From assembly GCA_035367155.1 (NCBI GenBank), contig DAOSJI010000003.1, positions 11-64,010 of the forward strand: a stretch of DNA of 64,000 bases, written 5' to 3'. How positions within the stretch are numbered: the first letter of the stretch is position 1; every line of letters starts with the position of its first letter. Of this stretch, positions 55,015-64,000 are shown piece by piece. This DNA is from Bacilli bacterium (lineage in GTDB: Bacteria > Bacillota_I > Bacilli_A > RFN20 > CAG-826). The notes under the pieces were generated by a model that saw only the letters and a list, made by a program, of their open reading frames with translations, was not told the DNA's origin and made no database searches. The translations under genes were made by a program, and so were the position numbers.

Positions 55015-56445
55015 ATGAATTTCGAAGCAATTATTGGATTAGAAATCCATGTAGAATTAAAGACCAAAACAAAAATGTTTTCTCGTACTCCAATTGATTT
55101 TAAAGCTGAACCAAATACGCTTGTAACTCCAATCGATTTAGCACTTCCAGGAACATTACCACTTGTTAATAAAGAGGCAGTTATTTTTGCAATTAGAGTT
55201 TCAAATGCTCTTCACATGAAAATAGATAAATTAATTAGATTTGATCGTAAAAATTATTTTTATAGTGATTTACCTAAAGGCTATCAGATAACTCAAGATC
55301 GCTTCCCAATTGGCAGTGAAGGATATATTGATTTGGAAGTTGAAGGTACGATTAAAAGAGTTAGAATTCAACGATTACATTTAGAAGAAGATACTGCCAA
55401 ACAAATTCATTTAGGTGATGAAACATTAATAGATTATAATCGTGCAGGGATTCCACTTATTGAAATTGTGACGCATCCTGATTTACGCTCTGGAAAAGAA
55501 GCGGCCGTTTATATAGAAAAGATTCGCCAAATTGTTACGTTTAGTGATGTTAGTGATGGCAAAATGGAAGAAGGTTCATTACGATGTGATGTCAATATTT
55601 CACTACGCCCATATGGAGCAAGCAGTTTTGGTGAGAAAGTAGAAATTAAAAATCTTAATTCTATAAGTAATGTTGAAAGGGCTATTAATCTTGAGATAAA
55701 GAGACAGGAAAAGATTCTTTTAAAAGGTGAAAAAGTAATTGCGGAAACAAGAAGATATGATGATAGTATTAAAGATACTGTTTCAATGCGTTCAAAAGAC
55801 GAAACTGTTGATTATAAGTATTTTCCAGAAACGAATATATTACCTATTAAACTTAGTGGCGCTTTTGTAAACGAGGTTATTTCAAATTGTCCAGAATTAG
55901 CTGATAAAAAAAGAAAAAGATATATCAAAGAATATTCGTTATCTGATTATGATGCGGATATTTTACTTTTAGATAAATATAATGCTGCCTATTTTGATGA
56001 AGCTGCCAAATTTACTTCTTTTTATAAGACATTAAGTAACTGGGTTACAGTAGAAATTGCAACTTATCTAAATAGTGAGCAAATATGTATTAGCGATTTT
56101 CCAATCGAGCCAAAACGCATCGCCCTATTAGTTAATTTAATTGAAAGTGGTGACGTTAGTAACAAACAAGCAAGAGATATTTTTACTATTATGTTAAAAA
56201 GCACTGACGAACCATTAAACATTGCAAAAACGCACAATTTAATGCAAATTAGCGATGAAAATGTTATTTTGGAAACTATTAGAATCGTTTTAAATGAAAA
56301 TAAAGGCGCGATTGAAGATTATCGCGCCGGTAAGGATAGAGCATTTGGTTTTTTAATTGGCAAGATTATGGGTAAATCCCGAGGGAAATTTAATCCCACT
56401 TTAACAAGTAAACTTCTTAAGCGAGAAATAGACAAAAACGAATAA
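55015..56445 (+). CDS. gatB: Glutamyl/aspartyl-tRNA amidotransferase subunit B
   Basis: The N-terminus MNFEAIIGLEIHVEL and the DRKNYFY…DLPKGYQITQ region are typical of GatB. 476 aa. Confidence 0.9.
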   Translation: MNFEAIIGLEIHVELKTKTKMFSRTPIDFKAEPNTLVTPIDLALPGTLPLVNKEAVIFAIRVSNALHMKIDKLIRFDRKNYFYSDLPKGYQITQDRFPIGSEGYIDLEVEGTIKRVRIQRLHLEEDTAKQIHLGDETLIDYNRAGIPLIEIVTHPDLRSGKEAAVYIEKIRQIVTFSDVSDGKMEEGSLRCDVNISLRPYGASSFGEKVEIKNLNSISNVERAINLEIKRQEKILLKGEKVIAETRRYDDSIKDTVSMRSKDETVDYKYFPETNILPIKLSGAFVNEVISNCPELADKKRKRYIKEYSLSDYDADILLLDKYNAAYFDEAAKFTSFYKTLSNWVTVEIATYLNSEQICISDFPIEPKRIALLVNLIESGDVSNKQARDIFTIMLKSTDEPLNIAKTHNLMQISDENVILETIRIVLNENKGAIEDYRAGKDRAFGFLIGKIMGKSRGKFNPTLTSKLLKREIDKNE

Positions 56446-56446
56446 T

Positions 56447-57838
56447 TTAAATATTATAACCTAAGTAATATAGTGCTGCTGACAGGTGTTTTTCTAGTGT
56501 AGACTCACTAATATATTCTATTGTGTCGTTAAGGGTATGATAGTATGTGGTGTCATAGTGACATAGTGTGAATGAATTTATAGTATACATTGATAGTGCA
56601 TAATGGTCTGAAACCGCTTGATTTGGTCCAAAAGAATAGGCTGAAATATCAAATTTTTCAAAAATTTGAGTAAGTCTATTTTTTGTTGCGTTCGTATACA
56701 AACCAAAAATTTCTAAATTACTATCATTATCAGCAATAGATCCAATCATATCTAAATTTAAAACTAATTTTAAGTTTTGACTTAATGGTAACGCGGGGTC
56801 ACTAGGGTAAAAGTTACTACCAAGTAGACCAGCCTCTTCGCTGTTATATGCTGCAAAAACTATGTTAATCTTTAATTCATCGCGAACTTCTGATAAAATT
56901 TTCGCTAATTGAAGCATCCCTGCAGTACCACTTGCGTTATCAAGAGCACCTGGAAAATATTGGTGATCTTTTTCTCCGTATCGACCAAGGTGATCTAGAT
57001 GAGCCGAGATTACTATATGCCCATCATTAACCGCTTTACCACCTCGCAAGATGCCAATGACATTATTGATTGTTTTTCCCGATATATCATAATTCCAATT
57101 AATATGAATCTTTTTTTGATCATTTAAGTAATCTAACTCAATGTTTTCTTTCATTCGAGTAGAAATATATACTTTAAACCCATTTGTCATATCCGTATCA
57201 AAATAATTACCATTACCGTATTCTATGAATGGAAAATTGTCATCAGATATAGGTAACAAATATTTATAATTATCATAAAATGAAGGAATTACGTTCCTTG
57301 GTGCTAATAATATTGTGTTTTCATTTGCTTCATTAATGTTAAAAGTGTAATTAAGATCATATTCAGCACTTTCTGGAACCTCAAAGGGAATTAACTTCCA
57401 ATCAACGCTGTATTCATATTCTGTTTTTTCTAGTGATGATTCATTATACGTATACAATGTTGGATATGACATAGGAATTTTCGTGCGTTTTTGGTAAAAA
57501 GGTTGAAAATAGGTGTCATCTTTATATGGCTCTAAACCGAGCGTTTCAAAACGATTAGCTACAAATTGAGTTGTCAATTCATTACCTTCGGTACCAGGGT
57601 TACGACCACCTAGTTCATTAGATGCTAAATATTCAATATCATTTTTAACTTCTGTAGCATTAATAGAATTAACTAAATTTAATCTTGGCCCATTAGTTGA
57701 TTCACTTGTAGTATCACTAATTATTTCGGAAGTATCACAACTAGAATCAAAAATAGAGGAAGATGGGTTAACATGTTTGCTACATCCAGATGTGATAAGA
57801 AGTAGTGATATAAGTAAGAATTTGCTTTGGCTTTTCAT
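56447..57838 (-). CDS. M28-family zinc peptidase lipoprotein (aminopeptidase-like)
   Basis: Lipobox LITSGCS. M28 metal-binding region VISAHLDHLG…GALDNASGTAGMLQLAKIL…EEAGLLGS. Confidence 0.7.
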   Translation of the reverse strand: MKSQSKFLLISLLLITSGCSKHVNPSSSIFDSSCDTSEIISDTTSESTNGPRLNLVNSINATEVKNDIEYLASNELGGRNPGTEGNELTTQFVANRFETLGLEPYKDDTYFQPFYQKRTKIPMSYPTLYTYNESSLEKTEYEYSVDWKLIPFEVPESAEYDLNYTFNINEANENTILLAPRNVIPSFYDNYKYLLPISDDNFPFIEYGNGNYFDTDMTNGFKVYISTRMKENIELDYLNDQKKIHINWNYDISGKTINNVIGILRGGKAVNDGHIVISAHLDHLGRYGEKDHQYFPGALDNASGTAGMLQLAKILSEVRDELKINIVFAAYNSEEAGLLGSNFYPSDPALPLSQNLKLVLNLDMIGSIADNDSNLEIFGLYTNATKNRLTQIFEKFDISAYSFGPNQAVSDHYALSMYTINSFTLCHYDTTYYHTLNDTIEYISESTLEKHLSAALYYLGYNI

Positions 57839-57993
57839 AGTAGTAAATCTCTTTTCTTTTTATATAATATTACAAAACAAGAAAATTATATAGTGAAAGC
57901 AAGGCTTTACTATATGCTTAACTTTGATTTATCTTTATCTTATATTAAAATATGAATACATAAATTTGAATTAAAGGAATGTAAACACTAAAT

Positions 57994-60638
<2,645 letters not shown>

Positions 60639-60649
<11 letters not shown>

Positions 60650-61262
60650 TTATGATTTAGTAGCACAAAAAGAAATGGAACGTTTAAAACAAGAAGGAAA
60701 ACGTCCAACTTTAGCTTTACATGTTTGTTGTGCACCTTGCTCTTCATATAGTTTGCTTATGTTAACAAATACTTTTGATGTAACTGTTATTTATGCAAAT
60801 AGCAATATATATCCATTAAATGAATTTAATAAAAGAGCGAAAGAAGCAGAAAGATTTGTTGAATTATTTAACAAAGAACATAATCAAAATGTAAAGTTTA
60901 CTCTTTTGCCTTATGAACATAATGCGTTTATGGAGGAACTTAAACCATATAAGGATGAAATAGAAGGCGGAACACGTTGTGTGCTTTGCTATAAAAAAAG
61001 ATTAATAGAGACATTTGAATTTGCTAAAGTTCATAACATTGAATATGTAACTACTACACTGACTATTTCACCTCATAAAAATAGCGAAATAATTAATAAA
61101 ATAGGTGAAACATTAGAAAAGCAATATTCGCCAATTCGTTATTTTTATTCAGACTTTAAGAAACGAAATGGTAATCTTATCGCAAAAAGATTTAAAGAAA
61201 AGTATAATCTTTATCAACAAAACTACTGTGGTTGCGAGTATTCAATAAGAGACAAAAAGTAA
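60639..61262 (+). CDS. queH: Epoxyqueuosine reductase QueH (DUF208)
   Basis: Fe-S Cys motif HVCCAPCSSY and a later CVLCYKKR. The start is set at MKINYD (60639), overlapping the queA stop. The track ORF begins at 60537. Confidence 0.75.
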
Positions 61263-61284
61263 TCATTTTTCACGATTTTGTGAC

Positions 61285-61316
61285 AAAAAACTATGGCGAG
61301 CAGCCATTTTTTTGTT
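61285..61316 (+). terminator. Rho-independent terminator after queH
   Basis: AAAAAACTATGGCGAGCAGCCATTTTTTTG: stem ATGGC / GCCAT followed by T7. Confidence 0.65.
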
Positions 61317-61413
61317 TTCAAAAAATCTAAATTTTTCATGTTGTTTTAAAAGAAAAAAACCGATGTTAAAAAGGGAACCTATTAATAAATATTAATTTAT
61401 GTAAATATTTGCT

Positions 61414-61560
61414 TGACATTACACACGCGAAAGGGGTATTCTATTCAAGGTTGTCGCCTGTGATGAAATGCGAGGTTACCGATACACCTACAACCGTTGT
61501 CATGAAGTGTCACGGAGAATTCGCATCGAGCAGGAAATAACTAAAGTAGAAACAAAGGAG
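61414..61560 (+). promoter_or_regulatory. S10-operon promoter (TTGACA -35) plus a comparatively GC-rich structured 5' leader. It is a candidate ribosomal-protein autoregulatory leader.
   Basis: TTGACA at 61414-61419. The ~115-nt leader contains several complementary segments, such as ATGCGA/TCGCAT and CAAC/GTTG hairpins. It ends in the RBS AAAGGAGG 8 nt before the rpsJ ATG. Confidence 0.4.
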
Positions 61561-61568
61561 GAAAATTC

Positions 61569-61874
61569 ATGGCAAAAAAAATCAGGGTACGCTTACAATC
61601 CTATGATCACGCTCTGCTTGATGATGCAGTTAGCAAGATTGTAAAAAGCACAATTGAAAGTGGTGCCAAAGTAATTGGCCCAATTCCGCTACCAACGGAA
61701 AAACAAGTGTACACCGTATTAAGAGCAGTTCATAAGCACAAAGATGCTCGTGAACAATTCGAAATTCGGACACATAAAAGACTTATCGATATCGAAAATC
61801 CAACAAAGAAAACTGTCGAAGTTCTTCGCAAATTCGAGCTTCCAGCAGGTGTGGACATCGATATCAAATTATAG
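61569..61874 (+). CDS. rpsJ: 30S ribosomal protein S10
   Basis: [18 protein letters not shown]… is the typical S10 N-terminus. 101 aa. Confidence 0.95.
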   Translation: MAKKIRVRLQSYDHALLDDAVSKIVKSTIESGAKVIGPIPLPTEKQVYTVLRAVHKHKDAREQFEIRTHKRLIDIENPTKKTVEVLRKFELPAGVDIDIKL

Positions 61875-61883
61875 GAGGGACTT

Positions 61884-62564
61884 ATGAAAGCAGTAATTGG
61901 ACGCAAAATGGGTATGACCCAAGTATTCGCCGAAGATGGCACTCAATATGCTGTCACTGTCGTCGAAGTCTTACCTAACGTAGTAACACAAATTAAAACT
62001 GAGGAAACCGATGGCTATAACGCTATTCAAGTTGGCTACCAAGACAAAAAAGTTAGCCCACGCAACCTCACAAAACCACTTAAAGGACACTTTGAAAAAG
62101 CAAAAGTTAGTCCAAAACAAGTGATTAAAGAATTACCTTACGAAAATGTAGCTGACTTTACCCTCGGACAAGAAATCACAATTGATATCTTCGAAGATGG
62201 CGATGTTGTAGATGTTATCGGCGTAAGCAAAGGCAAAGGATTCACTGGCGCAGTTAAGCGCTGGAACCAAGCACTTGGCCCAGCTGCTCATGGCTCAGGT
62301 TATCACCGCGGCCAAGGCTCAATGGCAAGAGGAGGTATTATCCCCCGTATCTTACCAGGCAAAAGAATGGCAGGCCATCACGGCGATAGACAAACTACTA
62401 TCCAAAACCTACAAGTTGTAAAGGTTATTAAGGAAAAGAATGCTCTTCTTATTAAAGGAGCAATTCCAGGACCTAAATACTCAATCATCACCGTACGCTC
62501 TGCGATTAAGCAACAACTAAAAAAACGTGAAGTTAAACCATTACTTAATCGCACTGCCGAATAA
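61884..62564 (+). CDS. rplC: 50S ribosomal protein L3
   Basis: MKAVIGRKMGMTQVF… and GKGFTGAVKRWN motifs. Confidence 0.95.
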   Translation: MKAVIGRKMGMTQVFAEDGTQYAVTVVEVLPNVVTQIKTEETDGYNAIQVGYQDKKVSPRNLTKPLKGHFEKAKVSPKQVIKELPYENVADFTLGQEITIDIFEDGDVVDVIGVSKGKGFTGAVKRWNQALGPAAHGSGYHRGQGSMARGGIIPRILPGKRMAGHHGDRQTTIQNLQVVKVIKEKNALLIKGAIPGPKYSIITVRSAIKQQLKKREVKPLLNRTAE

Positions 62565-62587
62565 TTAACAAAAGGAGGTAAGTGAAT

Positions 62588-63232
62588 ATGAGTGAAACAA
62601 AACCCAAAACAATCACCTATCCTGTTGTTAATCAAGAAGGTGATAAAGTCTCAACGATTCGTCTAAATAGCGAAGTTTTCGGAGTAGAATTACACGAAGA
62701 TGCTATGCATCGAGCAGTAAATGTATATTTAGCTAATCGTAGACAAGCAACATCAAAAACAAAAACACGAAGCGAAGTCCGTGGCGGTGGTAAAAAACCA
62801 TGGCGTCAAAAAGGAACAGGCCGTGCAAGAGCAGGTAGCCGTAGAAGCCCAATCTGGGTTGGCGGAGGAACAATCTTTGGTCCAACTGGTAACCAAAACT
62901 ACCGTCTTAATATGAATAAGAAGGAACATACACTTGCACTAAAAAGTGCCCTCTCGCTTATCGTAAAAGAAAAACGACTTATCGTAGTTGATGAAGAAAT
63001 GGAAATAGAACCAAAAACACGCCTCGCGGTTCAATTACTTAAAAACCTTGGGGCATTCGGCAAAGTTATGATCGTTGTTGAAGACAATGTAAATCTCTTA
63101 CGTGCCGTTTCTAATCTCCAAAATGTTATCGCAGTAGAAGTTCATGACGTTTCTGTTTATGACCTACTAAATACTGACTTCATCATCTTTGAAAAAGCAA
63201 CCCTAAAAGCATTTGAAGGAGGTCTAGTCTAA
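62588..63232 (+). CDS. rplD: 50S ribosomal protein L4
   Basis: The conserved KPWRQKGTGRAR motif. The start is set at ATG 62588, 8 nt after GGAGGT. The track used a GTG at 62582. Confidence 0.9.
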   Translation: MSETKPKTITYPVVNQEGDKVSTIRLNSEVFGVELHEDAMHRAVNVYLANRRQATSKTKTRSEVRGGGKKPWRQKGTGRARAGSRRSPIWVGGGTIFGPTGNQNYRLNMNKKEHTLALKSALSLIVKEKRLIVVDEEMEIEPKTRLAVQLLKNLGAFGKVMIVVEDNVNLLRAVSNLQNVIAVEVHDVSVYDLLNTDFIIFEKATLKAFEGGLV

Positions 63233-63573
63233 TGGCAAGAAAGAAAAGAACTGCAAGAACAAGAGAAAAAAGCCGTGTCGCGACTATTGAACAATTTGAT
63301 TTAATTATTCGCCCAGTCATTACAGAAAAAACAATGCTCTTAATGCAAGATTTAAATAAAGTCACGGTTGAAGTTCCACGTTCTGCAAATAAAACTGCAA
63401 TTAAAGACGCCTTCGAAGCCGTATTTGGTGTAGAAGTTATTGATGTAAAAACATCAATAGTTAATTCAAAACCAAAAAGACGCGGTGGTCGCTATGACGG
63501 TCGCACAAATATCGTAAAGAAAGCAGTTGTTACCGTAAAAGACGGCGAAGCAATTGATCTATTCAAGGAATAA
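63232..63573 (+). CDS. rplW: 50S ribosomal protein L23 (with a short basic N-terminal extension)
   Basis: The IIRPVITEKTM motif, and its position between rplD and rplB. Confidence 0.85.
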   Translation: MARKKRTARTREKSRVATIEQFDLIIRPVITEKTMLLMQDLNKVTVEVPRSANKTAIKDAFEAVFGVEVIDVKTSIVNSKPKRRGGRYDGRTNIVKKAVVTVKDGEAIDLFKE

Positions 63574-63591
63574 GGGAAGGAGATATAGATT

Positions 63592-64000
63592 ATGGCAATT
63601 AGAACATATAAACCAACTACACCATCCCGCCGGAATATGAGCAATGTTAAGTTTGATAAGCTTAGCAATAAAAAGCCTGAAAGAAACCTACTTGTTTCAT
63701 TAAAGAAAACAGGCGGGCGCAATAATCAAGGCAAAATTACGACTCGTCACATCGGTGGCGGACACAAACGTCAATATCGCTTAGTTGACTTCAAAAGAAA
63801 CAAAGACGATATCGTTGGAAAAGTAAGTGCTCTTGAATACGATCCAAATCGTAATGCAAATATCGCCCTTATTACTTATGTAGATGGCGAAAAGCGCTAC
63901 ATCCTAGCACCACAAAAATTAAATGTTGGTGATCAAGTAATCTCAGGGGAAAATGTTGACATTAAAGTTGGTAACGCACTTCCTCTAGATAATATTCCCG
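63592..64000 (+). CDS. rplB: 50S ribosomal protein L2 (5' partial, continues beyond the window)
   Basis: [17 protein letters not shown]…[14 protein letters not shown] matches the L2 N-terminal region. No stop occurs before the window end. Confidence 0.9.
   Translation, partial: MAIRTYKPTTPSRRNMSNVKFDKLSNKKPERNLLVSLKKTGGRNNQGKITTRHIGGGHKRQYRLVDFKRNKDDIVGKVSALEYDPNRNANIALITYVDGEKRYILAPQKLNVGDQVISGENVDIKVGNALPLDNIP

Noticed and set aside
57839-57993. preQ1-I riboswitch upstream of queT
   Set aside because: The leader lacks the 5-bp stem with a UUC…UAGCUAC loop and the A-rich ACUAA tail arrangement of preQ1-I. Only a generic hairpin is present. It is kept as a low-confidence note in the findings.

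Overview
This is a low-GC (~30%) chromosomal segment that mixes housekeeping operons with accessory surface and glycan loci. It most likely comes from a wall-less Firmicute (Mollicutes/Acholeplasma-like). The basis is gene content, lipoprotein-rich surface genes, and a standard genetic code, since long ORFs contain TGA stops and Trp is encoded by TGG. The housekeeping genes, in order, are:
- the 3' end of tmRNA
- glyA
- a complete F1Fo ATP synthase operon (atpI-like, then atpBEFHAGDC) followed by a phosphofructokinase
- tcdA
- a five-gene Opp oligopeptide ABC transporter
- ung
- tsaE, tsaB and a rimI::tsaD fusion
- asnS
- pcrA, ligA and gatCAB
- a queT-tgt-queA-queH queuosine salvage operon
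- the start of the S10 ribosomal protein operon (rpsJ, rplC, rplD, rplW and the 5' end of rplB)

The accessory content is:
- a C-terminally anchored Endonuclease-I-like surface nuclease with three Big_2 domains and an apparently startless signal peptide
- a block of very acidic small proteins with an in-frame TAG followed by 55 open codons
- a GDPD-MFS-HAD glycerophosphodiester scavenging operon
- two separated polysaccharide or lipoglycan loci (GT-D/DUF1792-like, Wzy_C-like, lipoprotein and TupA-like ATP-grasp; then Wzx and two GT4)
- a BspA-type LRR surface protein translationally coupled to oppF
- a TPP riboswitch driving an extended ThiT-like transporter
- a three-gene overlapping membrane-protein operon of unknown function, divergent from a CXXC lipoprotein
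- an unannotated 55-aa tail-anchored ORF coupled to asnS

No CRISPR array, transposase, integrase or prophage was seen. Every call is from reading the sequence and remembered family motifs; nothing was searched.
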